Positions 1-9,501 of a stretch of 64,000 nucleotides of DNA are shown here, piece after piece. Below the pieces are notes generated by a model that was given only the letters and a program-made list of their open reading frames with translations, made no database searches and was not told where the DNA came from. The stretch is from Rhodothermales bacterium (GTDB lineage Bacteria; Bacteroidota; Rhodothermia; Rhodothermales; Bin80): the NCBI GenBank assembly GCA_965262785.1, contig OZ253559.1, forward strand, positions 1,819,571 through 1,883,570, written 5' to 3'. How positions within the stretch are numbered: position 1 is the first letter of the stretch; each line of letters starts with the position of its first letter. Position numbers and translations under genes: made by a program.

Positions 1-962
1 CCAATTCTCCTGTGCCGCTGCATGTTCGTACGCCTGATGGAGCATGGACGGGCTTGCCACCCTTGTCATGCAGCCGGCTGGGAACGACCACGGCACTGGG
101 GTCTATCATAATAGATTCCTCGGGACTTAAGTGGATTGTCGTTCGTGACCAAAACGACCTTAGGGTAACCACCGGTATTCTCGTACTCAACACCGGCGAC
201 ACTCCTACCGACCCTTCCGACGATGAGTGCCAATATTTCGGGGGAAGGGGTAGCGCCGGTCGAGGCCTTCCCAGCAAGCAAATCAATGCGGTCGCGGAAG
301 ATAGTGATGGTCGGATATGGGTCGGTACCGATGAAGGCCCAGCGTATTTCGTCTCCAGTTCGCTTGCCGCAACGGATGCATCAGTTCAGGCTACGTGGCC
401 GGTCTGGTCGGACAGGTCCCAGGACCCGTACATGTTGCGTGGGCTGAGTATTAACGACTTAGTCCAGGATCCCTCCGGGCGCCTGTGGGTCGGCACCAAT
501 GAGGGAGCGTACCTGGTCGACGACCAGGGCGGGTTTGTCATGGTGGGGCACTTTTCTGTGCGAAATTCGCCGCTGTTTTCTGACATCGTCAATTCGATTG
601 CAGTGGATGGTAGCAGCGGATTGGTCTTCATAGCAACCGACAAAGGGCTGATCAGCTACCAGAGCAATGCGATCAATCCCGCTCCTGCGGCGCAGGAACT
701 CTTCATATATCCCAATCCGGTGAAAGTATCGGGCGAGCAGGCTACCGAGGTTTTTATTGAAGGGCTCGTCGAGGCAACGGACATCAAGATTCTTGCTGTG
801 CATGGCGAGATGGTGGCGGAGTTTGCCGCCCGCGGCGGGAAGGCCGTATGGGACGGCCGCGACCGAAACGGGCAGTTTGTGCCCTCCGGGATATATCTGG
901 TTGTAGCGGTAGGCCGCAACGGGGAGGGAGCAGCCTACGGCAAAGTAGCCGTGATTCGCTAA
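1..962 (+). CDS. 3' part of a secreted propeller-repeat protein with a T9SS (Por) C-terminal sorting domain; the 5' end lies outside the window
   Basis: The frame is open from the window edge. It has repeated D..GxxWVGTxEG motifs (DSDGRIWVGTDEG, DPSGRLWVGTNEG). The C-terminal tail IYPNPV...GIYLVVAV...GKVAVIR is typical of T9SS CTDs. Confidence 0.7.
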   Translation, partial: NSPVPLHVRTPDGAWTGLPPLSCSRLGTTTALGSIIIDSSGLKWIVVRDQNDLRVTTGILVLNTGDTPTDPSDDECQYFGGRGSAGRGLPSKQINAVAEDSDGRIWVGTDEGPAYFVSSSLAATDASVQATWPVWSDRSQDPYMLRGLSINDLVQDPSGRLWVGTNEGAYLVDDQGGFVMVGHFSVRNSPLFSDIVNSIAVDGSSGLVFIATDKGLISYQSNAINPAPAAQELFIYPNPVKVSGEQATEVFIEGLVEATDIKILAVHGEMVAEFAARGGKAVWDGRDRNGQFVPSGIYLVVAVGRNGEGAAYGKVAVIR

Positions 963-1030
963 AGTTTAGCAGAGGAGTTTAGGCAAACTTGCGTGGTCGT
1001 GGGTAACTTCCAAATTGCAGAACGATCCAT

Positions 1031-1105
1031 GGTGACCGTAGCTCAGGCGGTTAGAGCGCCAGGTTGTGGCCCTGGAGGTCGGGGGTTCAAGTCCCCTCGG
1101 TCACC
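1031..1105 (+). tRNA. tRNA-His (GUG)
   Basis: Hand-folded cloverleaf. G-1 pairs with C73, the acceptor is GTGACCG/CGGTCAC, the anticodon stem is CCAGG/CCTGG with loop TTGTGGC, and the T arm is GGGGG-TTCAAGT-CCCCT. CCA is not encoded. Confidence 0.85.
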
Positions 1106-1108
1106 CAT

Positions 1109-1181
1109 GCCGCGTTCGTCTAGGGGTCTAGGACGCCGGCCTTTCACGCCGGTAACACGGGTTCAAATCCCGTACGCGGTA
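1109..1181 (+). tRNA. tRNA-Glu (UUC)
   Basis: Hand-folded. The acceptor is GCCGCGT/ACGCGGT, the D arm is GTC-TAGGGGTC-TAGGAC, the anticodon stem is CCGGC/GCCGG with loop CTTTCAC, and the T arm is ACGGG-TTCAAAT-CCCGT. It closely resembles the canonical bacterial tRNA-Glu and lies 3 nt after tRNA-His. Confidence 0.85.
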
Positions 1182-1609
1182 CGAATTGTGTTGCCTGCGT
1201 ATCCGCTTCTAGATGGAATCTCCGGTCATCTCTCCCTAGATGTCTACCCGCGGAGCGACTGCTGGACGGTACACGAAGCTCGAATCCAGTGCTGGCCTAT
1301 GTCCCGTACCGGATTGATTTCTTTCTTGCTCCCGCTGCACTAACTGCCTTTCGGCTAGAATCCTTGGCCTGCGAAGCAAGGGTCTCGTCGTACACCGCTC
1401 CAACGGCGGACTGGGCCGAGAGAAGCCGAATGCGGAGAGTCTCACCTGTGATTGAGTGAGGGCTTGGGGTAAATCCGCGGGCTACTCGGCTACGGAGGCT
1501 GTGGGTTGATGTGCGGCCCGCCAGAGCGCTGAAAGGGCGAGACCTCTGGTTTGTGCGCCGAGGCTTCTCACCGGCCTTCGATTCCAGCCATTGCGCCGGT
1601 ACCACGGGT

Positions 1610-2749
1610 TCACTTCGCGGCCCTTTGCAACGCGTGGTACCCGCTTCTGAGGGCTATCAGTATGATCAGTGGAAGTGCTGCGCTTGGAATGCTTTGGGGA
1701 AGAAGTGGCACAGCAAGCACAAAAACTGCTGCCATCGCTGCGGCAGCTGAATGGTATATCCGTAGCCACTTTGCCCCTGGTCGCCACCAGGCTACGGCCA
1801 TATGCGTCGGCCACAGCCAAGCTGCATGCAGGTTGGGCTGCGTGACGTTGTGTAGCGACACCAGCCACAGAAACGCGATAAGGAGGCCGGCTGCGCCCAG
1901 AGTGGTGTAGCACACGCGGTCAAAATAGCGCATCGCGCGTGCCTTGCCCCGCAGGGTGATCCAAATGCCGAGACCGAGTGCCAGCAAGGCGGCCACCGTA
2001 GCCCACGGGTCGGACCCGCCGGTGTCATTTGGACCCAGGTAAACGGTGTCCGTTCGGGCAACAAGCGTACCGGAGTCCGAATGCATGGAGGCTGCAACGT
2101 CCATCAGCTCTAACGGCAGAAAGGTGCGGTCCGCAGCCAGCTCGTCAGCTGGCAGTCCCATGCCGAGGTTGATGCCCAGGCTCAGCAAGGACTTACTCGC
2201 TGCATACGGATGCAGAAGCGCGCGGTATGTGTGGTCGGATGCCGAAGAGGAGGGCAGCGGTATCCCCAGGGTCTCAACAAAAAGGTCACGGATGCGAGTA
2301 GAGCAGTTGTCAAAGAGGAAGTCGTAGCGGTACGTGCGATTCTCGGGAAGCGCATTGTGCTCAAGGAATTGGAATAGCATGTTCTTCTGCTCACTGCTAA
2401 GCCGCAAATGTTGCTCAATTGTGGTGCGCCCCTGTACATTTTGCGCTTGGTCTGCAAGTGCCGGATAGTGCTGACGAGAAAGGCTGTAGTCGAGCTTGCC
2501 ATATGCGAATCGCGCGGCAAAGACCAGCGGATTGCCAAAGTTGAAAGTTCCGTAGTTGTAGGCGATGTCGAATCCCAGAACCGGGTCATGTACACGCAGC
2601 GCACTATGGCCCCAAAGCGAGTACACAGCCTCGCCCGGATAGATTGTGATGAGCGACATCTGGGCCTGCTCCGACAGCTGCGCCGGGGCGGAGGGCACCG
2701 CCAGCAGCGTTCCTGCCAACAGCATCCATATCCAACGAAACGACCGCAT
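1610..2749 (-). CDS. DUF4105 (Lnb N-terminal domain) membrane protein
   Basis: Signal peptide MRSFRWIWMLLAGTLLAVPSAPAQ. The N-terminal block LITIYPGEAVYSLWGHSALRV...YNYGTFNF is characteristic of DUF4105. The C-terminal third is hydrophobic. Confidence 0.55.
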   Translation of the reverse strand: MRSFRWIWMLLAGTLLAVPSAPAQLSEQAQMSLITIYPGEAVYSLWGHSALRVHDPVLGFDIAYNYGTFNFGNPLVFAARFAYGKLDYSLSRQHYPALADQAQNVQGRTTIEQHLRLSSEQKNMLFQFLEHNALPENRTYRYDFLFDNCSTRIRDLFVETLGIPLPSSSASDHTYRALLHPYAASKSLLSLGINLGMGLPADELAADRTFLPLELMDVAASMHSDSGTLVARTDTVYLGPNDTGGSDPWATVAALLALGLGIWITLRGKARAMRYFDRVCYTTLGAAGLLIAFLWLVSLHNVTQPNLHAAWLWPTHMAVAWWRPGAKWLRIYHSAAAAMAAVFVLAVPLLPQSIPSAALPLIILIALRSGYHALQRAAK

Positions 2750-2766
2750 ACGGAAGAGGTTACAGT

Positions 2767-3633
2767 GTGCCCGCTATGAAAAATGTGACCTTGAACCGGA
2801 CGCAACGCGCCGAATTTACGTTAGGGCAGCTTCGCAAGGTCATTGAACGCCCGGCTACTGAGTTGTCGTATGTGGACGAGTACCAGCTCATCGTGGCCGT
2901 GATCCTGTCGGCCCAGTGTACGGATGCACGCGTAAACTTGGTTACGCCGCCCCTGTACGCAGCATTCCCTTCGTTTGCGACACTGGCCAAGGCCGATCCT
3001 ACGGATGTCTTGCCGTATATACGCAGCATCTCCTACCCGAACAACAAGTCGAAGAGTCTTGTTCGGATGGCTCGAATGGTTGTGCGAGAGTACGATGGCC
3101 AGCTGCCTCAAACACAATCGGAGTTGCTGACCCTTCCCGGTGTGGGTCGCAAGACGGCGCAGGTCGTCGCTTCTGTAGCCTTTGGCGACCCGAATGCGCT
3201 ACCGGTAGACACGCATGTATTTAGGGTGGCAAATCGCATAGGGCTGGTAGCAAGCGCACCAACGCCGTTAAAAGTAGAGCGCGGACTCAAGGCCATCCTG
3301 CCGCGAGGCACCTGGGGCGAGGCCCATCACCTGCTGATCCTCCACGGACGATACACATGCACGGCACGCAGCCCCAAGTGCGCCTCCTGTGTGGTAGCAC
3401 CAGCCTGCAGGTACTATGCTTCCGTCCAGGCACTACCAGCACCTATAGAGGGGCTCGACCCGAAGAGTGGCATGTACTACTGCAAGACGCGGCGACACTA
3501 TTTCAATGACATCACCAGCCGAGCTGACCGCTATGGCGTGTCGCAGGCTTCGTGTCCACGGTGCGGGTCCATGAACGTATATCGATCCAAGACCGGGGTT
3601 TCGACCAAGGTCGTGCGCGACTATAGGGTATGA
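2767..3633 (+). CDS. nth: endonuclease III (Nth) with a C-terminal extension of about 70 aa
   Basis: HhH-GPD core with SAQCTD...LPGVGRKTAQVV...VDTHVFRV and a [4Fe-4S] Cys cluster C..C..C..C (CTARSPKCASCVVAPAC). An ATG at 2776 is an alternative start. Confidence 0.85.
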   Translation: MPAMKNVTLNRTQRAEFTLGQLRKVIERPATELSYVDEYQLIVAVILSAQCTDARVNLVTPPLYAAFPSFATLAKADPTDVLPYIRSISYPNNKSKSLVRMARMVVREYDGQLPQTQSELLTLPGVGRKTAQVVASVAFGDPNALPVDTHVFRVANRIGLVASAPTPLKVERGLKAILPRGTWGEAHHLLILHGRYTCTARSPKCASCVVAPACRYYASVQALPAPIEGLDPKSGMYYCKTRRHYFNDITSRADRYGVSQASCPRCGSMNVYRSKTGVSTKVVRDYRV

Positions 3634-3664
3634 CTATCTTTTGCCAGCCACATACAAGTATCGC

Positions 3665-5185
3665 ATGAAGCGAAGTCAGCGTCATATCCTCATCATTCTG
3701 GACGGATACGGGATCGCTGAAGACCCCAGTGTGAGCGCCATTGATAGCGCGTACACGCCGTTTCTGGACCACCTGTTCAATGCATACCCGCATGCAACGC
3801 TGCGTGCCTCTGGCCGCCCGGTGGGGCTGCCGAAGGGCTTGATGGGCAACTCGGAGGTAGGTCATATGAACTTAGGCGCCGGGCGGACTGTGGACCAGGA
3901 GATCACGCGCATTGATTTGGCGATAGAGAGCGGTGCCTTTGTTGATAATAGCGTTCTGCTGCGCGTGGCGCGGCATGCTATGAGTCACAGCAGCACGTTG
4001 CACCTTATGGGGCTGTTTTCCGATGGGGGCGTGCACAGTCACCTGGATCACCTGGTAGCCCTCTGTGAGCTGGCAAGGCGGCAGGGCATTCCCGCGAAGC
4101 GTGTGTGCGTGCATGCCTTTACGGATGGCCGTGACACGGACCCACATGGCGCCCTTGGCTATGCGCAGTCTTTCCAGAAGCGGGCGGGGCACGCTGCGCG
4201 CATCATGAGCGTGATCGGTCGCTACTATGCCATGGACCGCGATCAGCGCTGGGAGCGTACGCGCAAAGCTTTCGACCTTCTGGCTTCGGGCACGGGAAGC
4301 AAATTCAATAGTCCCGCGGCTGCAATGCAGGACAACTACGACCGCGGCATCACGGACGAGTTTATTGAGCCCTGCCTGATCGACTACGGGGACGGCATCT
4401 CCGGGCGCGTTGCTAATAACGACGCTGTGCTCTTTTTTAACTTCCGCGCAGACCGAGCGCGGCAGCTTACTAGTACCTTTACGCTTGAGACGCCCATTCA
4501 GGCCCCCCGCCCGGAGAATCTTCTGTTTGCCACGATGACGCCCTATGACCACAAGTTCGCGTTACCTGTTGTATTTGGGAAGGTGGACTTAAGGCAGACG
4601 CTAGGCGAGGTGCTGTCCGCACGGGGAGCTCGCCAACTGCGTGCGGCCGAGACTGAGAAATACCCGCACGTGACGTACTTCTTCAATGGCGGGCGCGAAA
4701 CGCCTTTCGTCGGCGAGGACCGACTCCTGATCCCTTCGCCCAAGGTTCCTACGTATGATATGCAGCCCGAGATGAGTGCGCCCGAGCTCGCACGTCGCTG
4801 CGCAGAAGCGCTCGCCTCAGAGAAGTATCATTTCGTGTGCGTGAATTTTGCGAACCCGGACATGGTTGGGCATACTGGCGTGTTTGAAGCAGCCGTCAGG
4901 GCTGTGGAGGCTGCCGACACTGCCACGCACACGGTTGTCGAGGCGGCACGTTCGCACGGGTACAGCATCTCCATCCTGGCTGACCATGGTAATGCCGACA
5001 AAATGCGAAATCCAGACGGGAGTCCGCACACCGCGCATACTACCGCACTGGTCCCACACCTCATCATTAAGGATGGCTTCGAAGGTCCCATCAAAGACGG
5101 GAAGCTGGGCGATGTTGCGCCCACCATCCTCGCGCTCTTGGGAGAATCCGCGCCGCCAGAGATGACGGGTGACGTCCTCGTGTAG
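3665..5185 (+). CDS. gpmI: 2,3-bisphosphoglycerate-independent phosphoglycerate mutase
   Basis: ILIILDGYG...GNSEVGHMNLGAGR...ADHGNAD motifs, about 506 aa. The ATG at 3665 is preferred to the upstream TTG at 3641. Confidence 0.9.
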   Translation: MKRSQRHILIILDGYGIAEDPSVSAIDSAYTPFLDHLFNAYPHATLRASGRPVGLPKGLMGNSEVGHMNLGAGRTVDQEITRIDLAIESGAFVDNSVLLRVARHAMSHSSTLHLMGLFSDGGVHSHLDHLVALCELARRQGIPAKRVCVHAFTDGRDTDPHGALGYAQSFQKRAGHAARIMSVIGRYYAMDRDQRWERTRKAFDLLASGTGSKFNSPAAAMQDNYDRGITDEFIEPCLIDYGDGISGRVANNDAVLFFNFRADRARQLTSTFTLETPIQAPRPENLLFATMTPYDHKFALPVVFGKVDLRQTLGEVLSARGARQLRAAETEKYPHVTYFFNGGRETPFVGEDRLLIPSPKVPTYDMQPEMSAPELARRCAEALASEKYHFVCVNFANPDMVGHTGVFEAAVRAVEAADTATHTVVEAARSHGYSISILADHGNADKMRNPDGSPHTAHTTALVPHLIIKDGFEGPIKDGKLGDVAPTILALLGESAPPEMTGDVLV

Positions 5186-5190
5186 TCGGG

Positions 5191-6981
5191 CTACTGGATA
5201 GTGACATCCAGCAGCATGCGGGCCTGCGGCACGCCCTGCATGCGGACGACTTCTTCAATGAGATCCTGGTGCGACCGGAGTCTGGCGCTGCCAAACGCCT
5301 CAGCGGATATGCCGAGCACACGCGCAGCGCGAGTCATGAGCGCATCTTCAAGCTCCTCAAAAAGACTCTTGGGCCTTGGCAGGCGCATAATGCTGTAGGT
5401 GCCTTCCTCCAGCCCTGCTTGGTCGGCGGCGATTCCGATGGCCACATCCATTCCGCCCAACAGGTCAACGAGCCCTATCTCCAGCGCGTCTGCACCGCTC
5501 CAGACGCGGCCTTGGGCGATTTCATGGACGGCGTCTACCTCAAGTCCGCGACTGTCAGCGACAAGTTCGAGGAAGTCTGCGTACGTCGAGTCAATGATGC
5601 TCCCAAGCATAGCCTGCTCCGCGGGGCGAAGGGGACGCAGCCCGGAGAACATGTCGGCATAGTCGCTGGTGGCCACATGGTCAAATGACACGCCGAGCTT
5701 GGAGTCCAGCATTTCGCCAATGCTAAAGTGCATCCCGAAGACACCAATTGAGCCGGTGATCGTGACAGGGTCGGCCACAATCGTGTCGCCGGCCGTGGCG
5801 ATCCAGTACCCGCCGCTGGCCGCGAGGTCACCCATGGAGACTATCACAGGCTTGACCTGCGCGGTCTGGTCGATGGCCTGCCACATGGCGTCGGAGGCCA
5901 CGGCGGAGCCGCCTGGAGAATTGATCCTGAGCACAACGGCCTTCACGTGGTCATCTTCCCGGACTTTTTCCATAGCGCGGTTAAAGGTGGCCGATCCAAG
6001 TGTGCCTCCGCCGTAGCTGCTTGCTCCGCTCATGATGGTCCCGACTGCATAGACGATTCCTATGGCCCCTTCGTTGCTGCTGCGAGGACCGGCGGCAGGA
6101 GCGTCCACGTAGGAGCGGAAGCGAACGGTACGCAGGTCGCCTCGCTCCGTGGAGTCGATGCGGGCCTTGATTTTCTTTTCTACAGCTTCGTCAAACAGGA
6201 GACCGTCAAGAAGTCCGGCATGGTATGCACCCTCTACAGTGATGAAGGCGTCGTCGCGCATGAGGGTCTCCAGGTATGCCGCCGTGGTATCCCGGCTCTC
6301 TGCGATCGCTGTGGTAAGCACGTCGCTATGGGTGTCCAAGAGGGCCCCAAGCTGCAACCGGCTTTCTTCGGACATATCGGTCCGGGTAAAGGGCTCCACC
6401 GCCGACTTGAATGAGCCGGCACGCACAATAGTGGGTTCTATACCGAGCATGTCCATGAGCCCTTTATAGTAAAAGGCTTGGGCGTATAGGCCATTGAATT
6501 CGAAGAATGAGCCGGGCGCGGCGTAGACTTCGTCGGATACTGAGGCCAGGAAATAGTCCCGTTCGGTCATGAATGACTCGCCACTAGAGGCGATCACTGG
6601 CTTGCCGCTTTGCTTGAATGCGAGCAGCGCTTGCCGAATTTCCTGGAGTGTGCTCCATGGCGCGAACATGCCGCCCGTTCGCAGCCAGACGGCTTCAACG
6701 CGATCATCGTCCGCGGCCTTCTTGAGCCCGGACTTGAAGTCGGCGAGGTCGTACCGCGTGCCTAAATCAAAGAGCTCCTCGAAAGGATCATTTGACGCCA
6801 GCTCTGGGATCGTGCCCGACAAATGGATTTCCAGCACGGTCCCGGTGCGCACGTTGGTGGTGGACGAAGAGCCTGTGGTGGCCACCAGAGCGGCCATGAA
6901 CATAAACCCGATAAAAATGACGAGAACCAGCGCAACAAGGGTTCCCAGGGCGCTCGCTGCCAGGGTAGAAAAGAAGCGCAC
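5191..6981 (-). CDS. sppA: signal peptide peptidase SppA, 67K type
   Basis: N-terminal TM helix and two S49 domains. Motifs NSPGGSAVASD and LAASGGYWIA are present. Confidence 0.85.
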   Translation of the reverse strand: MRFFSTLAASALGTLVALVLVIFIGFMFMAALVATTGSSSTTNVRTGTVLEIHLSGTIPELASNDPFEELFDLGTRYDLADFKSGLKKAADDDRVEAVWLRTGGMFAPWSTLQEIRQALLAFKQSGKPVIASSGESFMTERDYFLASVSDEVYAAPGSFFEFNGLYAQAFYYKGLMDMLGIEPTIVRAGSFKSAVEPFTRTDMSEESRLQLGALLDTHSDVLTTAIAESRDTTAAYLETLMRDDAFITVEGAYHAGLLDGLLFDEAVEKKIKARIDSTERGDLRTVRFRSYVDAPAAGPRSSNEGAIGIVYAVGTIMSGASSYGGGTLGSATFNRAMEKVREDDHVKAVVLRINSPGGSAVASDAMWQAIDQTAQVKPVIVSMGDLAASGGYWIATAGDTIVADPVTITGSIGVFGMHFSIGEMLDSKLGVSFDHVATSDYADMFSGLRPLRPAEQAMLGSIIDSTYADFLELVADSRGLEVDAVHEIAQGRVWSGADALEIGLVDLLGGMDVAIGIAADQAGLEEGTYSIMRLPRPKSLFEELEDALMTRAARVLGISAEAFGSARLRSHQDLIEEVVRMQGVPQARMLLDVTIQ

Positions 6982-7188
6982 GGTATTTTTCGCGTTGGTG
7001 ACTAAGGACGGCGTAGGTCAGGTAGAAGATACGGTATGGGCTGTGACGTGTTGCGCACACTCGGGAAGGCACGCGAAACAGGAAATGCCCCCAAAAGTAC
7101 TGCACAGAATGGCAGACATGGGTTGCTGTAAGCCATTTCCAGCATCCTCGACTGCGGTGGCAAGACTCTTGTTGTAGACTGAAAAACA

Positions 7189-8256
7189 ATGACCACTGCT
7201 GCGTCTTATGAGATTTCCCGCCCGCTAAAGGCCCGGGAGCAGATGATATTGCGTCTGGTAGTGCGCAGCTTCATCGATACCGCGGGGCCGGTCGGGTCGC
7301 GCACGCTGACCCGGCGTCATCCACTGGGGCTGAGCCCGGCCTCCGTGCGAAACACGATGGGCGACCTGGAGGAGCTTGGATACTTGCGTCACCCTTACAC
7401 TTCGGCTGGACGCATGCCAACGGAGCTGGGGTATCGAGTCTTTGTGAATGACCTGATGGAATTGCCGGACTTGCCGGCAGTAGAGAAGCGGCTGCTTAAG
7501 GCCAAGCTGGACCGGCTGATGGGCGATGCTGATGAGTTGCTTCGGGAGAGTTCCAGAATTTTAAGCCGGATGTCAAGCCTGTTGGGCGTCGTGCTGAGCC
7601 CGCGGATATCTACAGGGATCCTGGAGCGACTGGATGTGGTGCCCTTGGCGTCACCGCGCGTAATGATCGTTATCAGCGTGCGCAGCCGCCTGGTACAGAC
7701 GATCATCTATGAAACGCGAGTAAACATCAAGCGGCACGACCTGGACCGAGTCGTGGCGCTCTTGAATGAGCGTCTGGCGGGGCTGCGTCTGGACGAGATT
7801 CGGCGCAGCTACGCCGACCGGACGCGGGACCTGGATGACAAGACTGGCATGGTGCAGTTGATTCTCAACGAAAGGGCAACGGTGTTCAGTGATCCCATCC
7901 AGGGCCGCGTAAGTCACGGCGGGACGGGGCAACTTTTGCAACAGCCGGAATTCAAGAATACTGAGGCCGTACGGCGCTTCATACAGATGATCGAAGACGA
8001 GGGCTTTGTCGTTCAACTCTTTGAGGGCCAGGGCCAGACGACGAAGATGGGCCAAGCTGCTGTCAGCATCGGCAGCGAGATCAATGAGACCACTGCCAGC
8101 GCGTACTCACTTGTCACGGCCCGGTATCGGCTCGGCGCAACCGTGGGCACCGTGGGCGTCCTGGGCCCGATGCGCATGGATTATGAGCGCGCCATCGCGC
8201 TGGTGGAGCATATGGCTTCGTTACTGAACCGGCCTGCGATTCAGCAACCGGGCTAA
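7189..8256 (+). CDS. hrcA: heat-inducible transcription repressor HrcA
   Basis: N-terminal winged-helix block LVVRSFIDTAGPVGSRTL, 355 aa, directly upstream of grpE-dnaJ. Confidence 0.85.
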   Translation: MTTAASYEISRPLKAREQMILRLVVRSFIDTAGPVGSRTLTRRHPLGLSPASVRNTMGDLEELGYLRHPYTSAGRMPTELGYRVFVNDLMELPDLPAVEKRLLKAKLDRLMGDADELLRESSRILSRMSSLLGVVLSPRISTGILERLDVVPLASPRVMIVISVRSRLVQTIIYETRVNIKRHDLDRVVALLNERLAGLRLDEIRRSYADRTRDLDDKTGMVQLILNERATVFSDPIQGRVSHGGTGQLLQQPEFKNTEAVRRFIQMIEDEGFVVQLFEGQGQTTKMGQAAVSIGSEINETTASAYSLVTARYRLGATVGTVGVLGPMRMDYERAIALVEHMASLLNRPAIQQPG

Positions 8257-8263
8257 CACGGGT

Positions 8264-9487
8264 ATGGAGAAGATGACGGATTGCGGTGCGGAACAAACCA
8301 ATAGTGTAGAAGAGCGGATTGACATGGAATCCGCCTCGACGGAAGCTGCCACCAACTCCAAGAACGACACCCTAGACGGCGCCAGCCATCCGCTGCCGTC
8401 AGATGGTCCGTCTTGTGACGGCAACGATGCGGCGGGAACCGAGGAGCAGGCCGTGCCGGAGTGCCCTGATCCGATGGAGGCCGTTTGCAATGCGGCCGAC
8501 GCTGAGCCTAGCGCAGCAAAGCACGGCGAAGGATATACAGCGTGGAGCGAGCCCGACACCGCAGCCCCCGGGCATGAGGTAGAAGTGGATGCTCCTGTGG
8601 AAGTGTACGCGGTGCCCAGTGACGCGGAGCTCAGGGAAGAAGCAGAACGTCTTGCTGCCGTGGTGGTTGAGTGCGTGGAGATCAGGGAGCAAAGAGCGAG
8701 GCTTCAGAGCGATTTTGACAAGTTCAGAGTCCGCACAGAGGAGCAGCGTGCCTCGTGGGTGCCACGTGCCAAACGGAAAGTACTAGAGGCGTCATTGACC
8801 ATTTACGATGACCTGCATCGCTGGCTGGAGGCTGCCCCGATGCCGGGCGACGAGGGACTCTCGGCTCAGGCCTATCAGGCGCTAAGGCACGGCGCGGAAT
8901 TGGGGTGTGACAGCCTTGCTGACATGGTAGGGCGTTTTTCTGCTTCGCTGCCGGAATCTCTGCCACAGACAGACTTCACGGAAGCAGCGATTAAGCACAC
9001 CGAGTCCGCCCCGGATATAGCGGATTCGTATCAGCCGGAAGCGGAACTGGAACAGGAGCGTATAAGTTTTCGCCGCACCGTTTCAGACTACAAGGCGTAC
9101 ACGAAGCGCGCGAAGGCTGAACGAGAAGAACGAGAGCAGCAGGCGAGGGCTTCGGTCGCGCAGGCGTTACAGGCGGTCTTGGACGGGTTTCGCTCAACAC
9201 TGGACCGCATCAGCGACAGCGATCCAACGGAGGCACCGGACGAAGCGTATGCTCAATTGGAAGGCGCCATGGTGCAGGTATCCGACGACTTTGGGAAAAC
9301 GCTGGAGCGGTTCGATGTAACCCTGATGGAAGTTCTGGACCGGCCCTTTGAAGTTGAGCGGCACGAAGCGGTGGGGCAGGCCTCAGTGCCGGAAAAGGAG
9401 CCGGGCACTGTGATCTACGAAGTGCGGCGTGGTTATATGTTCAGCGACCAGGTGCTGCGCTATGCGCAAGTCATCGTCGCGGCATAA
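8264..9487 (+). CDS. grpE: GrpE nucleotide-exchange factor, atypically long (407 aa)
   Basis: The C-terminal GrpE beta-domain is RFDVTLMEV..RPFEVERHEAVGQ....GTVIYEVRRGYMFSDQVLRYAQVIV. It sits between hrcA and dnaJ and has an acidic N-terminus. See the related finding. Confidence 0.8.
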   Translation: MEKMTDCGAEQTNSVEERIDMESASTEAATNSKNDTLDGASHPLPSDGPSCDGNDAAGTEEQAVPECPDPMEAVCNAADAEPSAAKHGEGYTAWSEPDTAAPGHEVEVDAPVEVYAVPSDAELREEAERLAAVVVECVEIREQRARLQSDFDKFRVRTEEQRASWVPRAKRKVLEASLTIYDDLHRWLEAAPMPGDEGLSAQAYQALRHGAELGCDSLADMVGRFSASLPESLPQTDFTEAAIKHTESAPDIADSYQPEAELEQERISFRRTVSDYKAYTKRAKAEREEREQQARASVAQALQAVLDGFRSTLDRISDSDPTEAPDEAYAQLEGAMVQVSDDFGKTLERFDVTLMEVLDRPFEVERHEAVGQASVPEKEPGTVIYEVRRGYMFSDQVLRYAQVIVAA

Positions 9488-9501
9488 ATGCATAGACTGT
9501 C

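Noticed and set aside
993-1343. A 116-aa plus-strand ORF.
   Set aside because: It runs straight through the two hand-folded tRNA genes (1031-1181).
1182-1609. A convergent intergenic region of about 430 nt after the tRNA pair. I checked it for tmRNA, RNase P, SRP and riboswitch signatures.
   Set aside because: I could not recognise any conserved boxes (RNase P GAGGAAAGTCC, SRP GGAAGCAGCC-type, tmRNA tRNA-like end, B12 box). It would need cmscan to exclude an sRNA.
6982-7188. I looked for a CIRCE operator (TTAGCACTC-N9-GAGTGCTAA) upstream of hrcA.
   Set aside because: No match or close variant was seen in the intergenic region. CIRCE may lie upstream of groEL/dnaK elsewhere in the genome.
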